DNA of 47,123 bases from Acidimicrobiales bacterium (lineage in GTDB: Bacteria; Actinomycetota; Acidimicrobiia; Acidimicrobiales; SZUA-35), in contig JAWSVN010000076.1 of NCBI GenBank assembly GCA_033851875.1, positions 307-47,429 of the forward strand, given 5' to 3'. Of the stretch, positions 7,659 through 16,675 are shown piece after piece. The number at the start of each line of letters is the position of its first letter. The stretch's first letter is position 1. The position numbers and the translations under genes were made by a program. The notes under the pieces were generated by a model, which searched no databases, had not been told where the DNA came from, and was given only the letters and a program-made list of their open reading frames with translations.

Positions 7659-9040
7659 GACGCAGTTGGTTCGAGCGAGCGTTGTTGGCGCTGAACGCCC
7701 TGAGCGTGGTCGCCGCGCTCGGCCTCGCCTACGTGCTCCGACAGAGCTACGGCCAGGTCCAGAGCATCGAGCGGGTCGCCCTCGCCGGTTCCTTGTCGAC
7801 GGCCGACGACGCCGAACCGGGGGAGCGGATCGTCAATTTCCTCCTGGTCGGCTACGACTCCTCGGCCGGCCTCGACCCCGACGACCCGATCCAGACGAAC
7901 CGGGGCGACCAGCGGCTCGCCGACGCGATCATCGTCGTCCACCTCGACGAAGTCGCCGGTACCGCGGCGATGGTGTCGTTCCCCCGCGATCTGTGGGTCG
8001 AGATCGGCGACACCGGAATCTCGCAGCGCATCAACTACGCCTACGGGGTCGGCGGTCCCGCGAACCTGATCGAGACGATCGAGGCCAACTTCGGGATCCC
8101 CATCCATCACTTCGCCGCCGTCGATTTCGCCGGGTTCGAGGGTCTGGTCGAGGCGGTCGGCTCGGTCGATGTGTCGTTCCCCCAGCCGGCCCGCGACTGG
8201 AACGTGACGACCGGCGCCAGCCAGACCGGGTTCGAGGTCCTCACCCCCGGGTGCCACGCCCTCGACCCCGAGACGGCCCTGGCCTACGTGCGGTCCCGCT
8301 ACTACCAGGTGCAGGACTCCGACGGTCGGTGGCGCTACACCACGCCGAGCAGCGACCTGGGGCGGATCATCCGCCAACAGGCGTTCCTGCAGTCGCTGAT
8401 GCGAGAGGCGATCGACCGGGGTGCTCGCAATCCGCTGGTGCTGTCGGACCTGGTCGACGTCGGTCTGGAGAACGTGACGATCGACTCCGAACTCACGCCA
8501 CAGCTGCTCCTCGATCTCGGCCGCAGCTTCAACGCCCTCGACCCCGACGAACTCGCCACCTACAGCCTCCCGGTCTACGACCAGACCGTCGGCACCGACC
8601 TCGTGCTCGGCCTGGTCGAGGTCGACGCCGATCCGGTCCTCGAGCTGTTCCGGGGCTCGGCGATCAGCGACCCGGTGACGATCCGAGTGAGCGTCGTGGG
8701 CGATGCCGGCGGGCTGGCCGACGACGTTGCCCACGACCTGGCCGAGGCCGGCTTCGACATCGACGGGGCCAGCGGTGCCGCCGTCGAGCCGGGGGTGGTG
8801 GTCATCCGTCACGGCGGAGACGGTGCGCAGGCCGCAGCGGTGGTGGCGGCCGCGCTCACAGCCGCCGACCAGAGTCGGGTCGTCGCTCTGGAGCTGACCG
8901 AGGCGCTCCCTGGCCGGACCGTGGTCGTGCGTGTCGGCGCTCCGCTCCCCGAGACGCCGGCGACCACGCTGCCGAGCGCGACCGAATCCCGTACCGCCGA
9001 ACCGAGTGCCACCGAACCGGTCGACTACTCCTGCTCCTGA
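7655..9040 (+). CDS. LytR-CpsA-Psr (LCP) family glycopolymer ligase with LytR_C-like tail
   Basis: N-terminal TM helix; NFLLVGYD, SFPRDLWV, RINYAY, ALAYVRSR, SDLGRIIRQQ. Confidence 0.9.
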   Translation: MRRSWFERALLALNALSVVAALGLAYVLRQSYGQVQSIERVALAGSLSTADDAEPGERIVNFLLVGYDSSAGLDPDDPIQTNRGDQRLADAIIVVHLDEVAGTAAMVSFPRDLWVEIGDTGISQRINYAYGVGGPANLIETIEANFGIPIHHFAAVDFAGFEGLVEAVGSVDVSFPQPARDWNVTTGASQTGFEVLTPGCHALDPETALAYVRSRYYQVQDSDGRWRYTTPSSDLGRIIRQQAFLQSLMREAIDRGARNPLVLSDLVDVGLENVTIDSELTPQLLLDLGRSFNALDPDELATYSLPVYDQTVGTDLVLGLVEVDADPVLELFRGSAISDPVTIRVSVVGDAGGLADDVAHDLAEAGFDIDGASGAAVEPGVVVIRHGGDGAQAAAVVAAALTAADQSRVVALELTEALPGRTVVVRVGAPLPETPATTLPSATESRTAEPSATEPVDYSCS

Positions 9041-9163
9041 ACAGGTGCGCTAGGGCAGTTGCACCAGGCCCGGCGGTCGCGGGTGGGGAGGGTCCCTCAA
9101 TCGGAGGTCGGGGCTCGTCGGGTAGCCTCCCCGGGGTACGCGACCCGACTCGGAGGATGAGCG

Positions 9164-10441
9164 GTGGCAAGAATCGCAGTGATCGGTACGGGATATGTCG
9201 GTCTGACGACCGGTGCGTGTTTCGCGCACCTCGGGCACGAGGTGGTGTGTGCCGATATCGACGAGGACAAGGTCGCTCGGCTCCAGCGCGGTGAGATCCC
9301 GATCGTGGAGCGCAACCTCGACAAGGTCGTCCACGAGGGCATCGCGTCGGGGAACCTGAGGTTCGTGGTCGGTGCCACCGAGGCGTCGAAGGACTGCGAC
9401 TTCCACTATCTGTGTGTGCCGACCCCGCAGGGTGATGACGGGTCGGCTGATCTGTCGTATCTGGAGGCGGCGGCGGCGGAGATCGCGCCGGTGCTGCCCA
9501 ACAATTCGGTGGTGGTCAACAAGTCGACGGTGCCGGTCGGTTCGACCGGGCTCGTGGCTCGGGTGATCGGCCGGTCCGACATCGCGGTGGTGTCCAACCC
9601 CGAGTTCCTTCGGGAAGGCTCAGCGGTCGACGATTTCTTGAAGCCCGACCGTGTGGTCATCGGTGCCCGTGATCAGGAGGCCGCCATCAAGGTGGCCGGC
9701 CTCTACGCCAAGGTGCATGCCCCGTTGATGGTGACCGACCCGATCTCCGCGGAGACGATCAAGTATGCGTCGAACGCGTTCTTGGCGTCGAAGCTGTCGT
9801 TCGTGAACGCGATCGCGAACCTGTGCGAGGCGGTCGGTGCGGATGTGAACGATGTCGTGCTCGGCATGGGGTACGACAAGCGGATCGGCAAGGAGTTCCT
9901 GCGGCCGGGTCCGGGTTGGGGTGGCAGCTGCTTCCCGAAGGACACGATCGCGTTGGCTCGTATCGCCGAGGACCATGGCTATGACTTCTCGTATCTGCGT
10001 GAGGTGTTGCGGGTCAACGACGAGCAGTTCGATCGCACGGCCCGCAAGGTTCTCGACGTGTTGGGCAACGATCCGGCCGGCCGGAAGGTGGCGGTGTGGG
10101 GTCTGACGTTCAAGGCCGGCACCGATGATCTGCGGCAGTCGCCGGCGATCGAGGTCGCGAAGCGGGTGGCGGAGGCTGGTGCCCAGATTCGGGCGTATGA
10201 CCCGGTGACGAATCATCAGATCGATGAGGTGCCCGACATGGAGGTCGTCGGCGATCCTTACGCTGCGGCTGAGGGTGCTGAGGTGTTGGTGGTGTTGACC
10301 GAGTGGGACGAGTTCCGTTGGCTCGATTTCGACAAGGTCGCTGAGGGGATGGCGGGGTTGAACATCGTGGATGCCCGCAACATCTTGGAGCGGTCCCAGC
10401 TCGAGCGGCGCGGCTTCAACTACCGGGGCATCGGTCGCTGA
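9164..10441 (+). CDS. ugd: UDP-glucose 6-dehydrogenase
   Basis: [32 protein letters not shown] (catalytic Cys), FKAGTDDLR; SD GGAGG upstream. Confidence 0.95.
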   Translation: MARIAVIGTGYVGLTTGACFAHLGHEVVCADIDEDKVARLQRGEIPIVERNLDKVVHEGIASGNLRFVVGATEASKDCDFHYLCVPTPQGDDGSADLSYLEAAAAEIAPVLPNNSVVVNKSTVPVGSTGLVARVIGRSDIAVVSNPEFLREGSAVDDFLKPDRVVIGARDQEAAIKVAGLYAKVHAPLMVTDPISAETIKYASNAFLASKLSFVNAIANLCEAVGADVNDVVLGMGYDKRIGKEFLRPGPGWGGSCFPKDTIALARIAEDHGYDFSYLREVLRVNDEQFDRTARKVLDVLGNDPAGRKVAVWGLTFKAGTDDLRQSPAIEVAKRVAEAGAQIRAYDPVTNHQIDEVPDMEVVGDPYAAAEGAEVLVVLTEWDEFRWLDFDKVAEGMAGLNIVDARNILERSQLERRGFNYRGIGR

Positions 10442-11379
10442 TGGCGCGCGTCGTCGTCACCGGCGGCGCCGGCTTCCTCGGCTCCCACCTGTGTGATCGC
10501 CTCCTCGGGCGGGGCGACGAGGTGGTGTGCCTCGACAACCTGCAGACCGGCCGCACGGAGAACATCGAGCACTTGTTCGGGCGGGACGGGTTCAGCTTCG
10601 TCAAGCAGGACGTCTCCAACCACATCTGGATTCCCGGCCCGGTCGACACGGTGATGCACCTGGCGTCGCCGGCGTCGCCGATCGACTTCGCCCGCATCCC
10701 GATCCAGATCCTCAAGGTCGGGTCGCTGGGCACCCACAACTGCCTCGGACTCGCCCGCGAGAAGGGCGCCAAGTTCCACCTCAACTCGACGAGCGAGGTC
10801 TACGGCGACCCCGAGGTGCACCCCCAGCCCGAGACCTACTGGGGCAACGTCAACCCCAACGGTCCCCGGTCGATGTATGACGAGGCCAAGCGGTTCGCCG
10901 AGGCGATCACGATGGCCTACCACCGAGCCCACGGGCTCGACGTTCGGATCGTACGGACCTTCAACACCTACGGGCCGCGGATGCGCCCCGACGACGGTCG
11001 CGTCGTCACCAACTTCGTGATGCAGGCCCTGCGGGGCGAGCCGATCACGATCTACGGCGACGGTTCCCAGACCCGCAGCTTCTGCTACGTCGACGACCAG
11101 ATCGCGGGGCAGCTCGCCCTGCTCGACAGCGACTACACCCAGCCCGTCAACATCGGCAACGATGGTGAGTTCACCATGATCGAGCTGGCGACGAAGATCG
11201 TCGAACTCACCGGTTCGTCGAGCGAACTGACCTTCGAGCCGCTCCCGAAGGACGACCCGACCCAGCGCCGTCCCGACCTCACGGTCGCCAACCGCGAGCT
11301 CGGTTGGTCGCCGTCGGTCGACCTCGAGACCGGTCTGCGGCGCACGATCGATCACTTCAAGGCCGAGTCCGGGCTCTGA
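10441..11379 (+). CDS. uxs: UDP-glucuronate decarboxylase (UDP-xylose synthase) family
   Basis: [61 protein letters not shown]. Confidence 0.9.
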   Translation: MARVVVTGGAGFLGSHLCDRLLGRGDEVVCLDNLQTGRTENIEHLFGRDGFSFVKQDVSNHIWIPGPVDTVMHLASPASPIDFARIPIQILKVGSLGTHNCLGLAREKGAKFHLNSTSEVYGDPEVHPQPETYWGNVNPNGPRSMYDEAKRFAEAITMAYHRAHGLDVRIVRTFNTYGPRMRPDDGRVVTNFVMQALRGEPITIYGDGSQTRSFCYVDDQIAGQLALLDSDYTQPVNIGNDGEFTMIELATKIVELTGSSSELTFEPLPKDDPTQRRPDLTVANRELGWSPSVDLETGLRRTIDHFKAESGL

Positions 11380-11386
11380 GGGGCCG

Positions 11387-12478
11387 ATGAGCCCGCGCCT
11401 CGGCGTCATCGCGGAGTCGGCCTGGCATCGGGTGCCCGGCGGCACGCACCGGGCGTTCGCTGCGACGCTCGACGCCCTCGTCGGACTCGACCGATTCCGG
11501 GTCACCGGGATCGCCGCCGCCCATCGTGAGCGGCGCGACCTGCCGATCCCGGTCCGCCACCATCGTCTACCTCGCCCGGCGCTCTACGAGGCCTGGCATC
11601 ACCTGGGCCGACCGTCGGTCGCCGGCGGACCCTACGACGTGATCTGGTCACCCGCGGTCGTCGTGCCGCCCCGCTCGGCGTCGTCGACCGACGCGCCCAT
11701 GGTGGTCACCGTGCACGACGTCGACTTCCTCGACCACCCCGAGTACCTGTCGCGGCGTGGTCGCTGGTTCCACCCCAAGGCGTTCGCCGTGGCGTGTGAA
11801 CGGGCCGACCGGTTGGTCGTGCCGTCGTCGGTGGTCGCCGACGCCGTCGTCGGCCACGGCGCCGATCCGGCCAGGGTGCGGGTCGTGCCGTGGGGTGTCG
11901 ACCCGATCGAACCGGAGGCTGAGCCCGGCCGGCTCCCAGCGGGCCTGCCCTCCCGCTTCGTGTTGTGGGTCGGGACGGTCGAGCCTCGCAAGAACCTGGG
12001 TCGGCTGGTCGAAGCCATGGCCCACAACGGTGTCGATCTCGTCGTCGTCGGTCCCGACGGATGGGAGCTCGACGGGCGCGATGTGCTGGCACCGCTCGGC
12101 GACCGGGTGCACCGGCTCGGATTCGTCGACGACGCCGAGCTCCGAGCGCTCTACGCCGCCGCCACCGTGTTCGTCTTCCCGTCGCTGGCCGAGGGGTTCG
12201 GCCTGCCCGTGCTCGAGGCGATGGCGGCCGGCACCCCGGTCGTCACCTCCGCCGGCACCGCCACCGAGGAGGTCGCCGCCGGCGCCGCCCGCCTCGTCGA
12301 CCCGACCGACGTGGCCTCGATCGCCGCCGCGATCGAGGAGGTTGTCGGCGACGACGAGGTGCGAGCGAGCTTGGTGTCGGCGGGGTCGGCACGGGCTGCG
12401 TCCGCCACCTGGGGGGCGACCGCCGAGGGCTACGCACGGGTGTTCGAGGAGTTGGTGTCGGGAGGGAAGACCGCATGA
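11387..12478 (+). CDS. GT4 glycosyltransferase
   Basis: TVHD, VGTVEPRKN, EGFGLPVLEAMAAG. Confidence 0.9.
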   Translation: MSPRLGVIAESAWHRVPGGTHRAFAATLDALVGLDRFRVTGIAAAHRERRDLPIPVRHHRLPRPALYEAWHHLGRPSVAGGPYDVIWSPAVVVPPRSASSTDAPMVVTVHDVDFLDHPEYLSRRGRWFHPKAFAVACERADRLVVPSSVVADAVVGHGADPARVRVVPWGVDPIEPEAEPGRLPAGLPSRFVLWVGTVEPRKNLGRLVEAMAHNGVDLVVVGPDGWELDGRDVLAPLGDRVHRLGFVDDAELRALYAAATVFVFPSLAEGFGLPVLEAMAAGTPVVTSAGTATEEVAAGAARLVDPTDVASIAAAIEEVVGDDEVRASLVSAGSARAASATWGATAEGYARVFEELVSGGKTA

Positions 12479-13560
12479 TCGGCGTCAACCTCCTGTGGCT
12501 CGTGACCGGTGTGGTCGGTGGCAGCGAGGAGTACACGGTCCGGCTGCTCACGGCCCTCGACGCCGACCAGCGACTCCGCCTCTACTGCCGACGCGATCTC
12601 GTCGAGGCCCATCCCGAGCTCGCCGTCCGCCACGAGATCGTCCACCCGCCGTGGACGCCTCACTCGAAGCTCGACCGGGTCGTCGCCGAACACACCTGGT
12701 TGGCCCGGGTGTCCCGCCACGACGAGCTGGTCCACCACGCCGGCGGGGTCGTGCCGTTCGTGACCTCGACGCCGACCGTGCTCACCATCCACGACCTGCA
12801 GCCCCTCGAGATGCCGGAGAACTTCTCCGCCCCGAAGCTGGCGTGGCTGCGGTCGACGCTGCGCCCATCGGTCCGTCGGGCCCGCCTGGTGCTGTGCCCC
12901 AGCGAGTTCACCGCCGGTCGGGTCGTCGATCTCCTCGGAGGCGACCCGGACCGGGTCGTCGTGGTGCCCCACGGTCACGACGCTCCCGCCGAGCCCGACC
13001 CGGTCGCCCTCGCCGCCGCCGAGCGGTTCGGCCGCTATGTCCTGTTGCCGGCCATCGCGTATCCCCACAAGCGTCATGTCGACCTGATCGAGGCGGTGGC
13101 CCGGGTCCGGGAGCACCAGCCCGACCTCGGCGTGGTCCTGACCGGCCGCCCCGGGCCCGAACTCCCGGCGGTGCTGGCTCGAGCGAACGAGCTCGGGGTG
13201 CCGGTCGAGGCCCTGGGACGGGTCCCCGAGGCCGAGCTCGACGCCCTCTACCACCGGGCCGAGGCCCTCGTGTTCCCCTCGGAGTACGAGGGCTTCGGCA
13301 ACCCGATCCTCGAAGCGATGACGCGAGACTGCCGGGTGGTCGCGACCACCGCCACTTGCGTGCCCGAGGTCGCGGGCGACGCCGCGATCCTGGTCGAACC
13401 CCGCGACCCCGGGGCGCTCGCAGCGGCCATCACCACCGTGACGACCGATCCCGGGGTCCGCGACCGCCTGATCGCGGCCGGTCGTGACCGCGCCGCTCGA
13501 TTCGGTTGGAGCGAGGCAGGAGCGGCGTTGGCGGCCGCGTATCGTCGGGTGCTCGCATGA
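12475..13560 (+). CDS. GT4 glycosyltransferase
   Basis: ATG at 12475 overlaps the upstream stop; GGSEEY, TIHDLQ, YPHK, EGFGNPILEAM. Confidence 0.9.
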   Translation: MIGVNLLWLVTGVVGGSEEYTVRLLTALDADQRLRLYCRRDLVEAHPELAVRHEIVHPPWTPHSKLDRVVAEHTWLARVSRHDELVHHAGGVVPFVTSTPTVLTIHDLQPLEMPENFSAPKLAWLRSTLRPSVRRARLVLCPSEFTAGRVVDLLGGDPDRVVVVPHGHDAPAEPDPVALAAAERFGRYVLLPAIAYPHKRHVDLIEAVARVREHQPDLGVVLTGRPGPELPAVLARANELGVPVEALGRVPEAELDALYHRAEALVFPSEYEGFGNPILEAMTRDCRVVATTATCVPEVAGDAAILVEPRDPGALAAAITTVTTDPGVRDRLIAAGRDRAARFGWSEAGAALAAAYRRVLA

Positions 13561-14789
13561 GACTCCTGCTGCTCTGCCCCCATTTCGAACCCGACCTCCA
13601 CGCCGCCACCGGCGAGGTGATGAGCCGCCTCGTCCACGCCCTCGCCGACCGGGGCCACCAGATCGACGTGGTGACGAGCCTCCCCTGGTACAAGGACCAC
13701 GCCGTCGACCCGGCCTGGACGGGCCGACCGGTCCGCACCGAGACAACCGACTTCGGCTCGATCGTGCGGGTCTACCCCTTCCCGACCGACAAGAACGACC
13801 TGGTCGCCCGGGCCGCCGGCTTCGTCGGCTTCACCGGCCTGCTCACCGCCTGCTCGCTCAAGCGGCCCCGCCCCGACGTGGTGATGGCAATGTCGCCGCC
13901 GATCTTCCTCGGCGAGGCCGGCTGGCTCGCCGCCACGCGGTATCGGGCGCCGTTCGTGTTCAACGTCCAGGACATCTTCCCCGACGTCGCCGTCGACCTC
14001 GGCGCCCTCACCAACCCCAAGGTGATCGCCGCCGCCCGCCGCTACGAGCGCAGCCTCTACCGGCGTGCCGATGCCGTGACCGTGCTCAGCGAGGACCAGG
14101 CGGCCAACGTGCGAGCCAAGCTCGACGGTGACCCCGACGGCCGGGTGGCGATCATCAAGAACTTCGTCGACCCCGACCGGGTGCGGGTGATCGAGGGCGA
14201 CACCGACTACCGACGCGCCCACGGCCTCGACGGCAAGACCGTCGTGATGTACTCGGGCAACGTCGGTCTCAGCCAGGCCTTCGACCTCGTGAAGTCGGCG
14301 TCCGACCACTTCGCCGACCGGCCCGAGGTCCACTTCGTGATCAACGGCGAGGGCGCCGGCCGACCCGGCGTCGACGCCTGGGCCGCGGAACGAGCCAACG
14401 TCACGGTCTCCGACTTCGCGCCCCGGGAGGCGGTGAGCGACGTGCTCGGATCGGCCGACCTCCACCTCGTCCTGCTGAAGCGAGGCCTCGCCCGCTCGAG
14501 CACGCCCTCCAAGCTCTACGGCATCCTCGCCGCCGGCCGGCCGTGCCTGGCCGCCATCGACGAGGGGTCGGAGGTGACCCTCACCCTCGCGGATGCCGGC
14601 GCCGGCGTCAGCGTGCCACCGGAGGATCCCGCGGCGTTCATCTCGGCGTTGGAGGCGCTGCTCGCCGATCCTGCCAGGATGGAGGCGATGGGCCGGGCGG
14701 GCCGCGCCCATCTCGAATCGTGCCTCACCCCGGCCGCCCAGGCCGAGGCCTACGAATCCCTCTTCGACACACTCAGGAGTAAGCGGTGA
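13557..14789 (+). CDS. GT4 glycosyltransferase (WcaI/WbuB-like)
   Basis: ATG at 13557 (ATGA overlap); HFEPD, VQDIFPD, YSGNVG, PSKLYGILAAG. Confidence 0.9.
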   Translation: MRLLLLCPHFEPDLHAATGEVMSRLVHALADRGHQIDVVTSLPWYKDHAVDPAWTGRPVRTETTDFGSIVRVYPFPTDKNDLVARAAGFVGFTGLLTACSLKRPRPDVVMAMSPPIFLGEAGWLAATRYRAPFVFNVQDIFPDVAVDLGALTNPKVIAAARRYERSLYRRADAVTVLSEDQAANVRAKLDGDPDGRVAIIKNFVDPDRVRVIEGDTDYRRAHGLDGKTVVMYSGNVGLSQAFDLVKSASDHFADRPEVHFVINGEGAGRPGVDAWAAERANVTVSDFAPREAVSDVLGSADLHLVLLKRGLARSSTPSKLYGILAAGRPCLAAIDEGSEVTLTLADAGAGVSVPPEDPAAFISALEALLADPARMEAMGRAGRAHLESCLTPAAQAEAYESLFDTLRSKR

Positions 14790-15874
14790 ATCTCGATCAC
14801 GCCTTCGCAGTCATCCTCGCCGGGGGCTACGGCGAACGCTTCTGGCCGGCCTCGACGATGCAGCGGCCCAAGCAGCTCCTCGGCCTCCTCGGTGAGCGGC
14901 CGATGCTCGGCATGGCCGTCGACCGGCTCGAGGGCCTGATCCCCGCCGAGCGGGTGCTGGTGTTGACCAGCTCCGACCTGGTGGCCCCGACGATCGCCGC
15001 CGCTCCCGACCTGCCACCGGAGAACGTGATCGGCGAGCCGGTCCGGCGCGACACCGCCGCCGCCGTCGCCCTCGCCGCCGCCGTGGTGAAGGGCCGCGAC
15101 CCCGAGGGTGTGTTCTGCATCCTCACCGCCGATCACGTGATGGGCGACCTCGAACTGTTCCGTTCCACCCTGGCCACCGGCCTCGAGCTGGCGGCCGCCG
15201 AAGACGTGTTGGTGACGATCGGCCTCAAGCCCACCCATCCGAGCTCGGCGTTCGGCTACGTCGAGTCGGGCGACGTGCTCGAGGGGGAGCGCGACGTCGC
15301 CGTGCGTGAGGTGGTCCGTTTCGTCGAGAAGCCCGACGTCGCCACCGCCGAGGAGTACCTGGCGACCGGCTCGTTCTGGTGGAACTCCGGCATGTTCGTG
15401 TGGAAGGCCGAGCACCTCCAGGCCGCGTTCGCTGCGCACCGACCCGAGCTGGCCGCCTTCATCGACGACCTCGTGCCCGCCGTGGGCACCGACGACTTCG
15501 CCGACGCGCTGACCGCCGGCTTCGAGCCGCTCGAGAAGATCTCGATCGACTACGCCCTGATGGAGAAGGCCGACAACATCGTCATGGCCGAGGGCCACTT
15601 CTCCTGGGACGACGTCGGCTCGTGGCCCGAGGTGGCCAACCACCTGCCCGCCGACGACGCCGGCAACGTGGTCAAGGGCGACGCCGAACTGCTCGACGCC
15701 GCCAACAACATCGTCATCTCCGAGGGCCGCCTGACCGCCGTGATCGGTCTCGACGACCTCGTCGTCGTGCACGAGGGCGACGCCACCCTGGTCGTCCCCA
15801 AGAGCCGGGCCCAGGACGTGAAGAAGATCGTGACGGGTCTGCGCGAGTCCGGGGCGTGGGATCATCTCCTCTAG
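14786..15874 (+). CDS. manC: Mannose-1-phosphate guanylyltransferase
   Basis: ILAGGYGERFWPAS...PKQLL, FVEKP, WNSGMF, SIDYALME, WDDVGSW. Confidence 0.93.
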   Translation: MNLDHAFAVILAGGYGERFWPASTMQRPKQLLGLLGERPMLGMAVDRLEGLIPAERVLVLTSSDLVAPTIAAAPDLPPENVIGEPVRRDTAAAVALAAAVVKGRDPEGVFCILTADHVMGDLELFRSTLATGLELAAAEDVLVTIGLKPTHPSSAFGYVESGDVLEGERDVAVREVVRFVEKPDVATAEEYLATGSFWWNSGMFVWKAEHLQAAFAAHRPELAAFIDDLVPAVGTDDFADALTAGFEPLEKISIDYALMEKADNIVMAEGHFSWDDVGSWPEVANHLPADDAGNVVKGDAELLDAANNIVISEGRLTAVIGLDDLVVVHEGDATLVVPKSRAQDVKKIVTGLRESGAWDHLL

Positions 15875-16675
15875 GTGAAGCGAAACGTCTCGACCCATCT
15901 CGAAGCCAACGTCGCCGGTCTGACCCAGATCGTCCTCTCGATCGCGCCGTCGGCCGAGTATCCCCTGCAAGGGGATCTGTTGCATGCGGCCGTCGACGGC
16001 TGGGTCCTCGACGTCGAGCTCGTCGAGTCCGTGCACGGAGCCAGGCTCCACATGATCCGCAACGTCGGGCCCGGCCATCTCGTGATCGACTACGAAGCGA
16101 TCGTCGACGGTGTGGCCTCGGCTCCACCGGCCACCGAGCTCGAGTGGTTTCGCTACACGCGCCCCAGCCGGTACTGCGAGTCCGACCTCTTGGCGCCGGT
16201 GGCTCAGGCCGAATTCGCCGGCCTCCAGGGGGCGGACCTCCTCTTTGCGGTGTCGAGCTGGGTGGGCAGCCACATCCGCTATCGGGGTGGCTCGTCCCGA
16301 TCGACCGATGGTGCGGTGGCCACCCTCCTCGGCCGCGAGGGCGTCTGCCGGGACTTCGCCCACCTGACGGCCGCATTGCTGCGGGCGAACGGGGTGGCCG
16401 CGCGAGTCGTGTCGGTCTACGCGCCCGGCCTGCAACCCATGGACTTCCACGCCGTGGCCGAGGCCAGTCTCGATGGCGTCTGGCACGTCGTGGATCCGAC
16501 CTGCCTGGCGCCGCGTGACTCGATGGTCCGGATCGCGACGGGCGCCGACGCAACCGACACCGCGTTCCTCAGCAACGTGGGGGGAGCGGTCGACCTGGAG
16601 GCCATGTGGGTCTCGGCCACCGTCGACCCGTTCCTGCCCGGTGACGATCTCAGCCGGCTGGTACGCCTCCAATAG
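15875..16675 (+). CDS. Transglutaminase-like family protein
   Basis: PSRYCESD; Cys-His-Asp triad GVCRDFAH / DFHAVAE / VVDPT. Confidence 0.88.
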   Translation: MKRNVSTHLEANVAGLTQIVLSIAPSAEYPLQGDLLHAAVDGWVLDVELVESVHGARLHMIRNVGPGHLVIDYEAIVDGVASAPPATELEWFRYTRPSRYCESDLLAPVAQAEFAGLQGADLLFAVSSWVGSHIRYRGGSSRSTDGAVATLLGREGVCRDFAHLTAALLRANGVAARVVSVYAPGLQPMDFHAVAEASLDGVWHVVDPTCLAPRDSMVRIATGADATDTAFLSNVGGAVDLEAMWVSATVDPFLPGDDLSRLVRLQ

